Origin: Octopus sinensis
Taxonomy: Eukaryota
NCBI RefSeq assembly: GCF_006345805.1
Contig: NC_043005.1
Coordinates: forward strand, 80,786,001 to 80,850,000
Reading direction: 5' to 3'
Length of the DNA: 64,000 bases
Below the pieces are notes generated by a model. That model was not told where the DNA came from. It saw nothing but the letters and a program-made list of their open reading frames with translations, and did not search any database. The first letter of the stretch is position 1. Every line of letters starts with the position of its first letter. Shown in pieces: positions 26,200 to 39,667 of the stretch. Both the position numbers and the translations under genes were made by a program.

Positions 26200-26615
26200 T
26201 ATTTCTTTACTACCCAGAAGGGGTTTAACACAAAGAGCAAAAACAAGGACAGACAAACGGATTAAGTCGATTATATCGACCCCAGTGCGTAACTGGTACT
26301 TATTTAATCGAGCCCGAAAGGATGAAAGGCAAAGTCGACCTCGGCGGAATTTGAACTCAGAACGTAGCGGCAGGCGAAATACCTATTTCTTTACTACCCA
26401 CAAGGGGCTAAACACAAAGGGGACAAACAAGGCCAGTCAAACGGATTAAGTCGATTATATCGACCCCAGGTACGTAACTGGTACTTAATTTATTGGCTCT
26501 GAAAGGATGAAAGGCAAAGTCGACCTCGGCGGAATTTGAACACAGAACGTAGCCGCAGACGAAATACCGCTAAGTATTTCGCCCGGCGTGCTAACGTTTC
26601 TGCCAGCTCGCCGCC
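26200..26615 (-). mobile_element. S5 SINE: head + two tandem type-A units
   Basis: Units 26384-26568 and 26200-26383 are joined as ...GTAAAGAAATA|GGTATTTCG. Confidence 0.85.
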
Positions 26616-27497
26616 ACATCACCATTTACCACCGTCGTCATCATAATCATGATCACCACCACTACCACCACCACCGCTACCACCACCACCGCTACCACCA
26701 TCGTCATCATGAACATCATCGTCATCATCAACATTATCATCATCATCATTTAGTATTATCATTATTGTGATTGTTATTTCTTTTTCTTCTCATTAGTACT
26801 ATTATTATTAGTATGCAAATTTTCATTTTATAGTTTGTGTGCTCAAAATAAACCATAACCTAGAAGTTTGCATTCTCAGTAGTTCTTAATCAAAATACGA
26901 AATAACATTCGTAAATAATATGATAAAAAGCTAAGAAAAAAATGATTAAAATATATATAAAAGAACCTAACAAAATATGTGAAATTTTCCAAAGTTTGCA
27001 TGAAAAATGTGTAGCCAGAATTTTCTTTCTAATTTGTCTGTTGAAATCAAATATTATTTCAACTCTGGTTTATAGCTGGTTTGGTTTGGTTTCATCCACT
27101 TCTTTTTTTTATTTCCTCCAAGGAATTCAATACTTATTTGACAAGAGGAAATTAAAGTTAAAGGTTAAATGACTTATGAGAGATTTCTCAGAGTATGGAC
27201 GCGTGCAAACAGAGAGAGAGGAGGAGAGGTAGGAAGGGGGTTGAGAGATGGCATGATGGAGGGAAAGGGAGAGAAAGGAGAAAGAAAGACACACACACAC
27301 GTGTGTACGACACAGATTCACATATAATATTAATTTAACTTAAAAATTATTATTATTATTATCATCATCGCCACCATTATCATCGTCACAATCATCATCT
27401 TTATCATCATCATCATTATTATCAACATTATCGTCGTCGTCGTCGTCCTCATCATTTTCGTTGTTACCGTTGTTGTTCTTTGTTGCTATTGCTATTT

Positions 27498-27612
27498 ATG
27501 ACAGAATCGCTTGATCATCCGACAAAATATCTTCTGGCATTTATTTCCATCTTATATCTCCTGACTTTGAATGCCACCTTTGTAGACATTCACTTCTATC
27601 ATTTATTGCAAG
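27498..27612 (+). CDS. Weak candidate exon (MTESLDHPTKYLLAFISILYLLTLNATFVDIHFYHLLQ)
   Basis: Open frame with a hydrophobic stretch, possible acceptor GACAG| at 27504 and donor AAG|GTAAAA at 27612/27613. No homology recognised. Confidence 0.15.
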
Positions 27613-28134
27613 GTAAAACATTACAAACAATTAGTTTGTTATACAACTTCGTCCAAAAGTTTGTAATTACTATACTATTTAATATCGTTATTGGATACTT
27701 GTGACTAAAGATAGGACTTAAAGTTCAGCAGTATTTGGTCAGGTCTCCCTCAGCCGAAAGTTAAAACATTGAGCCCTAGAGCGACTTCGGGTGAAATACG
27801 TGTCTTAGCGGTTAGTGCGTTGCACTGACGATCGCAAAACTGTGGTTTCAAATCTTGGACTTTGTATTGTGCTGTGTTCTTTAAAAAAAAATTTCATGTC
27901 ATGTTGCTACTGTCGACTCAGATGTAAATGCGTAACCGTGCCATAGTCTTAAATGGCGTTTCATTCACAGGGAAGGCTGAAATCTCGGTTATCTATACGC
28001 CAAGGAGAACGGGTTAATCATACCTATCAGACCCGGGACTAGAGACAATAATGTCCAAGAATTGATGATGAAAATGCTACTGTTGCTATTGCTGCTGCTG
28101 TTGCTGTTGTTCTGGTTGTTGTTGTTAATCATCA

Positions 28135-28300
28135 AGACGGGTAAGGGTGATGGTCTAGGGCTTAGAGGCGGGAGACCCCAGACCTTGGAAAAAATATTGG
28201 TCGTCTTGTTGTAGTCTAGGGCTCTTTGTTGATGCCCGACACCACTGGGAGGTGGCCCACGAAGTCGCTAGAAATTGAGATCTCTAGGTCCAAATTCTTG
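28135..28300 (-). mobile_element. Possible highly decayed R4/Dong 3' fragment
   Basis: Reverse translation FKNLDLEIS...HLPVVSG weakly resembles YKDLEIEIS...TIPVVIG of the copies above. Confidence 0.25.
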
Positions 28301-29293
28301 AACGGCTGCTGCTGTTGCTGCTGCCGCTACTAATGATTAATGGGCGGACTTGGGACATCAGGTGCCTAACCATGAACAATAAAGTGGGTAACAATCACTT
28401 AGATCGACTAAACCTTACCTCAAAAGTGTTCTTTAACTTTATAGCTATGGAAGCTTTCATCAAAAGAAAATCGTTAAAATTGTGAAAATTGCGATAATGC
28501 ATTTTAGGATTGAAAGTATAATTTTAAAATATTTGTAAAAGCAACGCAAAAGCTTTCGTCTAATTTAGCATTCTCAAAGAAAATAACTCACCAAGAATCT
28601 TCCACGATGAGCATTCCGTAGTGAATATAAACATAACGAGATGAATATTGTATGAATACTAGAAAATAAGCATTAAATAAGATGTAATGTGTAAATATTT
28701 GATATACATAACGTTCCATATTGGGCTTCATTATAAATGCAGCAGAGATAATTGCAAAAAAGACGAAATTTGATGTTGGAAAATATTAATTACTACGTAG
28801 TTAGTCAACGTCGTCAATGAACGGGCAGATAACTAAAATTTGAGTAGATGATCACAACAGTGGCTTTAAAAGTACATGTGACTTCACGATTTCTGTGTGA
28901 ACATAACAGAATAACAAAATTACATGCAAGAAAACACTGGAACACAAACCAGCGTATGAGTATGATTGTATGTGTCTGGATGTGAGTATATATATATATA
29001 TACACACACATTTATATGTATATACGCACACACGCACACACATGCACATACACGCACACATTTATATGCTGATGGGCTGCCAAATGCCTGGAACTCTTCC
29101 AGTTATAATAATTTGTACAAATCTATTTGTAGTAAATTTCGGAATAAAAATTAAAACAATATTTATTCTAATGTTTTATGTTTTTATCTTTTTCTTTATA
29201 ATGTTCCTTATCAATACTGAAAATTCTATTAAAAAAGCAAGCATGCAGTTATTACGAACGCACTCGCGCACCGACGTGTATATGTATATATAT

Positions 29294-29342
<49 letters not shown>

Positions 29343-29406
29343 GTTGACTGGAATATGAGAAGTGTATTTCAGGTTATATATGTAAAAAATATTAAGTATG
29401 TATGTA

Positions 29407-29850
29407 CGAGGCTGAGTCAAAAAGTAATGCCATTTTTATTAGGACAGGTATATTTACCAACATAGGAACATATATCATACATCAAAATGAAGGTGGTATT
29501 CTGTGGATCACATCCTTACTCCTCAACATAGTCACCGTTTCTCTCAATAGCGATGTTCCACCTTCGAATGAGAGCATGTATCCCTGTCCCGTAAAATTCT
29601 GTTGACTGTTCTTTGAGACACTTCTTCACTACAGTTTTCACTTCCTCGTCACTGGAATAATTTAGCGCCTTCAGACGATCATCTCTTCGGCCCCATGAAA
29701 GAGAGTTTGAGAGGCTAGTGTGCTTGTTGATCATTTACTGAGCATTTGCGTGAGTGGACACCAAGGCTTGTTTTGTTTCGTTTCACAAAACCATAACAAG
29801 TAAGCTATCCATTTAGAGGAGCAGCGTTTTGCTAGCGTGCCTTCGTGCTT
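29407..29850 (-). mobile_element. Mariner-type deletion derivative (C-terminus and one TIR)
   Basis: TA|CGAGGCTGAGTCAAAAAGTAATG end. Reverse ORF ...SSDEEVKTVVKKCLKEQSTEFYGTGIHALIRRWNIAIERNGDYVEE is a typical mariner C-terminus. Confidence 0.8.
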
Positions 29851-30226
29851 TCACGAAGTTGGTCCTGGTGTGTGTGTATGTATGTATGTATGTATGTATG
29901 TATGTATGTATGTATGTGTATGCATGTGTATGCAGTACATGCCAGAATGTTTGCTAATCCAACAGAGGCCTCAAAAGACATTTTAAGATCCACAAAAAGC
30001 AGGACTTATCTGCAGCTCTTGGTGGTCCAAATCGGAAATGCAATCTTTGTGAGTGCCTTTTCAGAACATTTTCTGGCTTAAATAGCCACATTAAATGCCA
30101 TGATGGTGCTAAGGTGTAGGCACAGGAGGTGATCAAACTATGCATAATGAGTAGACAACCACCACCAACATGTATGTATGTATGAGTGTATGTATGCTTG
30201 TATGTATGAATATAGATGTATGCATG

Positions 30227-30320
30227 CACGCTGATAGCTTTCGCTGCGCACGCAACCGTGTGCTGCCATCGTTTGACGCACTACAGGAGTAGTCCCGGAA
30301 TTTTTGATACCACCTCGTTT
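30227..30320 (-). mobile_element. Mariner 5'-end fragment related to 42491-43405
   Basis: Reverse strand ACGAGGTGGTATCAAAAATTCCGGGACTAC...CACACGGTTGCGTGCGCAG aligns to the left end of the 42.5-kb element. Confidence 0.6.
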
Positions 30321-30599
30321 GTATGTATGAGTCTGTGTAAATATAGATACATAACTGTGCGATTAAGCAGATATACGTATATACATAGATAAATAAATAT
30401 ATGCATGCTTGCATGCATGCAGGTATATGTACACAAGCTATTTCTATAGGGTGCGCAATCGTATAGCATCTGTTGCTTTGTTTACTTGTCGAATAAATAA
30501 ACACTTTTCTTTATGATCTAATTTAAGACTAGTTTAGTGATTATCACGTCTGTATCACAGGCAAAAGACCTCGCCCAAGCCTTGGATGAGGGGTAACAA

Positions 30600-30730
30600 T
30601 CTTGCACCCAACCACGTGCTTCGGGGTTCAGTCCCACAGCATGGCATCTTGGGCAAGTGTCTTCTATCATAGCCTAGGGCCGAAGAAAGCCTGTTGAATG
30701 GATTTGGTAAATGGAAACTGAAAGAAGCTT
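30600..30730 (+). mobile_element. S3 SINE head fragment
   Basis: CCCAACCACGTGCTTCGGGGTTCAGTCCC...GGAAACTGAAAGAAGC. Confidence 0.65.
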
Positions 30731-31489
30731 TGTGCACACACACATACACACACACATATATATATGTATATAAAGGCGGAGAAAAGAAGCCCGTTGCATA
30801 TACGTACATATATATATGTATGTGTGTGTCTATATACACACCGATATATATATATACACACACACACAACACACACACATATATATATATATATATATGT
30901 ACATATGTACGCCGCTATATTTTCATATATAAAAAATACCAAAATGGGACAAGAGTGCAAAAAATCCAGACAGTTAGGTGATACAAAACGGGAACAACAA
31001 ACATCCAGACAGACGGTACAAAAAAAAAATCAAGGACGGGTCATTCGTCGTTTTCTTTCTTCAGTCGAGTTCCAGATTATATATATTACATTCCTTGGAA
31101 GAATTCAGCGAATGTATACGAAAACAAGGACAGAAAAAATGGAGAAATTTTACACAAATACAAATGCAAATAACAGGACATAATAACAGGGAATACAAAA
31201 AAAATTGCAAATGTATATATGTGTGTGTTTATGCATTTGTGTGTATGTATGTATCGGCGTGTGTCTTTGGTCTGTGTTAGTCTCTCGCCACTGAGGATGT
31301 TTCATTCGAATAAAAATCTTTGAAGGCAGTGCTACTGCATGTTCGCAGTCTAATAACCGTGACGAGTAACAGACAATATATATAATTCTAGTGTAACGTT
31401 TCATTTTGTAGTTGATTCTGACTACCAGATATATTGTTTTGATAATTTATAGAATACGTTATAGAACTATAATTTTGAAACATTCCTTT

Positions 31490-31493
31490 TGCT

Positions 31494-31536
<43 letters not shown>

Positions 31537-31550
31537 ACCATAATCTAATA

Positions 31551-31588
<38 letters not shown>

Positions 31589-31594
31589 TTTAAC

Positions 31595-31627
<33 letters not shown>

Positions 31628-31744
31628 TATAATTCTGAATGACGATGTAAAACAATACACACATCCACACACAACACAATCGGTATATATGTATATGTAT
31701 GTGTGTGTATATATATAATATATATATATATATATTATATATAT

Positions 31745-31775
<31 letters not shown>

Positions 31776-31843
31776 TTATATATGTATATACATATACATA
31801 CACATACATATACATGTATATATACATATATATAAATAAATAC

Positions 31844-31878
<35 letters not shown>

Positions 31879-31892
31879 ATATATACACACAC

Positions 31893-31925
<33 letters not shown>

Positions 31926-31929
31926 ATAT

Positions 31930-32001
<72 letters not shown>

Positions 32002-32020
32002 CCATAATCTAATATAATAT

Positions 32021-32054
<34 letters not shown>

Positions 32055-32067
32055 ATATACACACACA

Positions 32068-32140
<73 letters not shown>
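31490..32140. repeat. Long compound (TA)n/(CA)n array
   Basis: Direct reading. Confidence 0.95.
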
Positions 32141-32141
<1 letters not shown>

Positions 32142-32532
32142 AGAATGAGATGTCATTTTTTTATCTCTGGTTACCGTTTGAACGTTAGGTTGTATTACTT
32201 GTAACACTTATTTTTACAGAAGCTTACTATTTCAATTATTTAAAACATTTAATCCTTTTCTTTTTTAGTTGTTAAATTATGGCTAAATTTGACTGTTTAC
32301 AAAGAAAAAAGTGCTACGCCTGAAAAACCATGCTTCAGAATAAAGAAGAAATATTTTTGTAAATAAAACATTTAGATGTACGTGTGTGGTGTGATTTGGC
32401 GTAGTGTGATGTGGTGTGTGTGTGTGCGTGCGTGTGAATGTATGTATGTGTGTTTGTTTGTGTGGGTGGGTGAGTGTGGCGGTTGTGTGTATGTATTGCT
32501 GATTTTACAGCATGATTCAGAAAAATCATATG

Positions 32533-32579
<47 letters not shown>

Positions 32580-32650
32580 ATATATATGTATGCATGTATA
32601 TATGTATATGATATATCTAAGACCTTATAAACATATATATATTTATGCAC

Positions 32651-32696
<46 letters not shown>

Positions 32697-32823
32697 ATTT
32701 ATATATATATATATAAGTGTGTTAAATACATATATATGTACACACACATACACACACAGAAACACGTTAACAAATGTGTTGTTTGTCGTATATTGAAATA
32801 ATATCAACACTTATATATATGTA

Positions 32824-32858
<35 letters not shown>

Positions 32859-33649
32859 GTGTGTGTGTGTGTGTATAAATATTTATATATATATATGTAT
32901 ATCGATACCATAAACCGATATATATCTATATCCCTATCTATCTCTCTCTATATATATATTGAACATTCATTTTTATACTTTTTGAGATCTAGTTTTATGT
33001 TTCATAAAAATATTTATTATTTGTGATTAAAGTTTCGGTTTATGTCTATCACTCTTTGAGTTGCATAACATTGGTTTTATCTCTAATTTATATTTTATAT
33101 ATATATGTATGTATATTTATATGTATATATATATATAATTTCTCTTCGTCTGTTTTTGCTGCTCATAATAACGATTTTGATAAACAATGACACTAAAAAA
33201 TGTTTTAAAATACATTTCTATTCAGTGAAACATTTTATTCTATTAGTCAAAGTTACATTTTAATCGTATTTTTCGCCTTTCTGTGTGTCATATTTATTAC
33301 TATTCATCAATTTTCTCAAGAATACGTGGAACAGAAAATTGTTTGTGTCTAGAATAATTAGATTAGATTTATAAACCGACGAGATAAGTGTTGCTGTGAT
33401 TTAAATTCATTTCAGGTCTACCGTTTTGTTATCGACCGTTAGTGTTCTCGGGTGTATTCTTCAGATGTAGGTCTTTTCTGTTTAAGTCAATGGGGTACCA
33501 TTGCATAAATGTCAAATAATAAAAGCAATGATTCATATGTATAAAATAAACAACAAATAATTGTAAACAAAAACCGATGAGGAATTTCAGTAGGTGAAAC
33601 GCATTGGCCATAGTTGTGTTTTATCAGAGATGTCTTCAGGGCTAAACAA

Positions 33650-34710
33650 TGAGAGCACTACCAGCACGGCCATCATCACGACGATGATAACGACAATGAC
33701 GACATGGATGGCCACGGCAACGACCACCAGCACCAACACCACCACCACTATCACCATCATTCCTCACCACCACCACCTCCAGCAGCAGCAGCAGTATCAC
33801 CACCATGATCATCATCATCACTACGATCTCCGGCAGCTAGCAGCAACGCCACCACCATCACCAAAAACCACAACACTACTATTACCATCAACAAGTTCAA
33901 CAACAACGATAGCAACCATCACCACCAATATTACCATCGCCACCAAACCCACCACTGACATCGACATCACTACCACAAGCCCCACAACCAACATCATTAC
34001 TATCACCATGGCTACCCCACCACCAAATCACCACCACCAGCATCACCATCGCAATCACCACCACTACCTACAACACCACCGCTATTACAATCAGTACCAT
34101 CACCGTCACCATCGTTACCAGTAGCACCACTACCACTACCATCACCACCACCACCACCACCACCATAACCACCCCAATCACTATTGAACTCCTCCACCAC
34201 TATCACTAGTGCCACCAGTCCCACCAGCAACACCATTACCTCCCGCACCACTACCATCAACACTACCACCACCAACAACATCAACACCACCACCACCACC
34301 ACTATCAGTCCCATCAGCAACACCATTACCTCCCGCACCACTAACATCAACACCACCACCAACAACAACAACATCAACACCACCACCACTATCAACACCA
34401 CCACCATCATCACCACCACCATCAACACCACCACCATCCCCACCAACACCCCCAACAACACCACTATCGAGATCACCCCAATCATCAACTCCACAATCAA
34501 CACAACCATGAACACCACCACCCACCATCAACAACACCACTATCCCTACCAACACTCCACCAAAACCACCATCGACACCGCCACCACAAACATCAACACC
34601 ACCACCACCATTCCCACCAACACCCCACCAACACCACTATCCCTACCAACACTCCACCAAAACCACCATCGACACCGCCACCACAAACATCAACACCACC
34701 ACCAACAACA
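33650..34710. repeat. (CAC/CAA/CAT)n low-complexity region with local tandem sub-repeats
   Basis: Trinucleotide-derived; a ~67-nt block is repeated at about 34541 and 34638. Confidence 0.85.
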
Positions 34711-35214
34711 CCAACTTGTTCTGCTTTACATTTTTCAAAGCCAATTAAAAAATTATTTTAAACGTGCAACGAATCGAGATTTCCTGAAACAGAAACACAC
34801 AGCCAGAACAGAAAGTAACAAGGACTATTAATAACTTGCTATTAAACTGATGCTCTTGAAGTGATTAATAACTATTATGCAGCGGAATATATTATCAGAA
34901 AGTCTAAAGGACGACTCTTCGGTTATAAAGCAACGATATTAATCATATTTTCTGACGCACATATGCAAAATCGCTTCCGATAAGAGAGAGTGTAGATATG
35001 TTTTTGGTGGAGGTTTCGTTGCAGTGGTGTTGTAGAAAGTATGGAATGCTACGGCGGATGTTTTTGTAATATTTACTTCCGTTTTATCTACTGTATCTTT
35101 TTTTTTTAATATTGATCCCAATGATGAGAATTTCCTTATCTAAAAACAAAAACAATTAAAAAAAGAGAATTAGGATTGTGAGGGTAACGATTTATGATTT
35201 TGATTAACAAATGT

Positions 35215-35258
35215 GATGATTATGATGATAGTAATTGTGATGACGATGATGATGACGG

Positions 35259-35328
<70 letters not shown>

Positions 35329-35615
35329 GGTGATGATGATGATGATGATGATGGTGATGTTGATAATGGTGATGTTGATAATAGTGATGATGATGATGAG
35401 AATGAAGTTGACGAAGAAAGGGGAGAAAGCGGAAATAAGGAAGAGAAGGGAAGAGTGGAGGAACCGTGGAGGTGGAGTCGGAGGGGGAGTGGAGGACAGT
35501 TGGAGGAGGTAGAGGAAAGGAAGTAGAGATGGAAGACGGGGTTGATAGTGGCACTGATCGTCGTCGTCACCACCACCACCATCATCATCATCATCACCAT
35601 CAGCAACATGATCAT
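35215..35615. repeat. (GAT)n/(GGT)n/(CAC)n and purine-rich low complexity
   Basis: Direct reading. Confidence 0.9.
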
Positions 35616-36539
35616 GATGGTAACACTGCAAGAGGGAAAATGAGTGAAACTGCAATCGAAATATATTTTGTTTTATCATATCATATCATGGCGAGAAGTA
35701 TCGCATTTAAAATAAGAAACGTCACATGAACTATGGACAAAAGCAGGCAAATGAACTAAATAAATCAATAAGGCTTGTATGTAAGACATGACTGTTCACA
35801 AAATGGAAAACTGTGTGTATAGACCTTTTATTTATTTAATTATGAAGTATTTCACCAACAAATGACTTTTGAAGTAAGTTAGTTTAGAGCTGATTCGCAA
35901 GCAAACGGCTGTATGAACATCACGTACGTTGGGTTGGACGACCAGCTATTTAAGTCCTGATTTGAACAACATATGCATGCACATTTAAACAAATAGACAA
36001 ATTCAGCTCCGTTTAATTGTCGAAATACATTTATTATTTGAAGGATTGACGAAAAAAAAAGAAGAGAGACAGCGAGATAGAGAAAGAGACTGAGAGTTAG
36101 GCAGAGAACCGGTCGAATACTGACGGGTGCTCTATCACCCCGAGTATTAAAACAATACAAAAACGTACTAGGACACAGCTCACACAAAGGGGACTTTAGC
36201 TTCTGGTCAGTGTTGACAAGAGAAAGATATATGTGTAGCTCAACTATAGCAATGAAACACGAGATCTGGCAAAAGCAGCAAAGGCAGATAATGTCGATAT
36301 GTGTAGCTCTTGTCCATGGATGCATATCGTGGAAAAACTCTCTTGCGAAGAGTAGACGAGAATAGTCAATGGTATCCAGGTATGCCCGACCTCAAGAAAG
36401 AAAAGATGTTATGCGCCTCATGTGCCGAAAGCAACCGGAATTCCTTTTCTAAATGTATTTTGACGAATAGCTACAATTTCATTGTTATTGGTCATCGAAA
36501 AATAAATGAATTAAATATTCCTAGATATGTCTAATATAG

Positions 36540-36592
<53 letters not shown>

Positions 36593-36639
36593 GGGTATGT
36601 ATATGAATATTTATATGTATATATATATCTTCTACATGT

Positions 36640-37005
36640 CTCGTTCATTTCATTGCGGCCATGTTGGGGCACCGCATTGACGGCTTTTATTCGAATAAAA
36701 TCGACCACCTGTCTTATTTTTCTTAAACCGCTAAGTACAAGGGACGTAAACACGCCAACTTTGTTTGTCAAGAGATCGTGGGGGACAAACACAGACACGA
36801 AGAAACACAAACGCTCACACACGTACATATGTATATATACGACGGGATTCTTTCAGTTTCCCCCAACCAAATCCACTCACAAGGCTTCGGTCAGCCCGAT
36901 GCTATAGTAGAAGACACTTGATCGAGGTGCCCCACAGTGGGACTGAATCAAGAACCATGCGGTTGGGAAGCAACTGTCGTACCATACGGCCATGGCTACC
37001 TCCTT
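36640..37005 (-). mobile_element. S3 SINE (older, diverged)
   Basis: Same head, linker and body layout as 58275-58679. Confidence 0.75.
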
Positions 37006-37311
37006 GAAAAACGCTCGGAATACATACATACAATACATAAATACATACATATATATATATGTGCGTGTATGTATGTATATGTATATATATGCATGTATAT
37101 GATTATGTATATGTATATATATGCATGTATATGATTATATATATGTATGAATATATTGTATAGAACAGAGAAGTGAGCTTCCGTTACTATATTTAGGAAG
37201 ATTTCTAGAATAGATTCTAGGCCAGAAGTATTAGACTATAAGTTAAAAGGACAAACCATTGATTTATAGTATTTCTTATAACTCAGTGTTTTGACGTAAG
37301 AAGATTGAAAG

Positions 37312-37367
<56 letters not shown>

Positions 37368-38121
37368 TATAATTTATATGCATGTATGTATATGTATGTA
37401 TTCGAAAGAAAGAGATTTCGGGACTTACTGATTAAACTGTTGTTGACTTCCAAATCAATATTAATTCGCTTCTCTAATATTGTTTTGGCAATTGAATATT
37501 GTTTTGGCGAGAGATACATGAATACGATGTACTATTATCTGCTGTCCATTAGCATATTTTTCTAAACCAAAACTTAATTAAATATTTAACTGATAGTTGC
37601 TGTTTTTGCTTTAATTTATTTATAACTCGATTCTAATTTTAAATAAAGAAACAAACTGGCATGATAGAATATTTTTTGTTTGGCAGATGATTTCGATAAT
37701 ATTATTGTCGTATTAGGTTATTTAAAGCTGTTACTATGAATAATATTTTAAAATGACATTCATGAAGATAAATACAAAAAAATACAATTCTCAAGAAGGA
37801 ACCTAATTAGTGAGATTGCGTATGTGGGGGAGGGAGAAGGCAATGAATTTATCATTAAACATTTTGAATTGTATCAAAAGAATTTTAAATATTCTATATT
37901 ATTTGCAGATCATAGAATGTGGGAAAAACAGTCAACAGGGCAATGAAATAATGTAATGTCTTTGGCCTCATGGTGTCTCTAACACACAGAACGACCAAAA
38001 ATTATAAGATTTTAAATTCAGAGATAATTCATTGTGTTTTGGCGTTAGATACTTCGTTTTACATTGATTCATTTCGACTGAATTGTGTGGGAGTATGATA
38101 GTGTATATCCTTTCCTTCATA

Positions 38122-38357
38122 GAAGGCGGCGAGCTGGCAGAAACGTTAGCATGCCGGGCGAAATACGTAGCCGTATTTCGTCTGCCTTTACGTTCTGAGT
38201 TCAAATTTCGCCGAGGTCGACTTTACCTTTCATCCTTTCGGGGTCGATAAATTAAGTACCAGTTACGCACTGGGGTCGATATAGTCGACTTAATCCGTTT
38301 GTCTGTCCTTGTTTGTCTCCCCTCTGTGTTTAGCCCCTTGTGGGTAGTAAAGAAATA
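38122..38357 (+). mobile_element. S5 SINE monomer with type-A tail
   Basis: GGCGGCGAGCTGGCAGAAACGTTAGC...GAGTTCAAATT...GTGGGTAGTAAAGAAATA. Confidence 0.85.
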
Positions 38358-38513
38358 TATTGTTTCCTTCATAGTACCCTCTGTGATAGGTTATTACCCT
38401 TATCGTTTTAAACGATTGTGGAAATGAGACTTGTAAGTCTCGTTATCGAATTGCTACTAAACTTTCACTTGTCAATTATTAAAGATTTATTGTGCTTTGG
38501 GGGACATTGTTAT

Positions 38514-38739
38514 TTACCTTTTCAATACCAACCCGGTTGAAACCGTCTCTGGCTCTGTAGCATAAATGTCTTGTTTTCATAAGTTTTGAATTAAAATCTT
38601 CCATCAAACCTTAGTCACAATTTAAGTTCCTAACACAAGCTTAATGATAACAAAGTTATTTTACTAAATACTTTGTTATATTTAAAATTAATTGACTGAA
38701 ACACAGATCATCTCAAAATGAATACGGTAACAAAAGGGA
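38514..38739. mobile_element. Possible decayed MITE (CCCTTT-type ends)
   Basis: Left CCTTTTCAATACC versus reverse of right GGTAACAAAAGGG; only a weak match. Confidence 0.25.
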
Positions 38740-39348
38740 AGAAAGAGGTGTGTTTTGATTGTAGAAGAAAATAAGAGTTTATGGTTAATTCTAAGTCTAA
38801 TATGCAGTGGGGCTAAATCCAAATCTACGTGATGGGAAAGTGATCTTCCCAACGGCACAGTTACGGCTGCGCCTGCGATCGACATTAACGCACAGTCATG
38901 CCTGTGAAGTATTTGTGAACAAAAAGGGTCTCATTCTTTGGCTGCTAACGAGCAAATAACTTTTAAATCAGGTAGAGTCAAATGTTCGGCAATAAACGTA
39001 TAATTTCTGTTTAAATGCCTTGTCGTTCCTTGCTTCAATTGCTATCCTATTTTTCAGTAGAGCTTTGCTTTCATTATTGCGTAAAGGTAGACGATTGGCC
39101 GAGTGGTTAGGATTTCGCACTCACGATTGCAAGATCATGATTTCAAATCTCGGGTCGGGCTCGGTACGCTGTGTTTTCCAGAAAAATACTTTATTTTACG
39201 TTTCTCTAGTTTACGCAGCTGTAAATGTGTAACTCTGCGACGGACTCGTTCAATGGAAATCTTGTGACCTCAGTCAGTTATACGCCAGGAAAAATTGGGA
39301 GCTGGCCTTACGAGTTCTATATTTAAGAGATGCGGAATTATGTACATT

Positions 39349-39667
39349 ATTTACATTATTTACATTTGACGGATGTTTGTCCTCATTAAGAGCGCTGTTG
39401 ACTAAACCCAAGATTCCGAGTTCGATTCCAGGCAGTGACCTGAATAATAACATCAACAACAACAACAACAACAATAACAATAATAATAATAATAATAATA
39501 ACAACAACAATAATAACAATAACATCGAAAAATACCTTAGGAATGAGAAATCAGGTTTGAAATTTCCCCAAGACACCTGATGAAGACTGGCGGGTATATC
39601 AGCCGAAACGTTGTGTTAACAAAAAAGATGAGGACAAATATCCGTCAAATGTAAATAATGTAAATAA
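39349..39667 (+). mobile_element. tRNA-headed element with hammerhead-like 3' module and 41-bp inverted terminal copy (Penelope-type junction)
   Basis: B box GAGTTCGATTCC at about 39418, (AAC/AAT)n linker, and CTGATGA...GAAACGTT at 39577-39612. 39349-39389 is the reverse complement of 39628-39667 (1 mismatch). Confidence 0.6.
39573..39617 (+). ncRNA. Minimal type-I hammerhead ribozyme-like motif
   Basis: ACAC-CTGATGA-A-GACTG(loop)CAGCC-GAAACGTT-GTGT. Stem I ACAC/GTGT; stem II has one mismatch; palindromic ACGT replaces helix III, as in dimer-dependent PLE hammerheads. Confidence 0.55.

Noticed and set aside
33594-34831. Thr/His/Pro-rich mucin-like ORFs
   Set aside because: (CAC/CAA)n low complexity that is open in nearly all frames, with no splice or start context and no domain.
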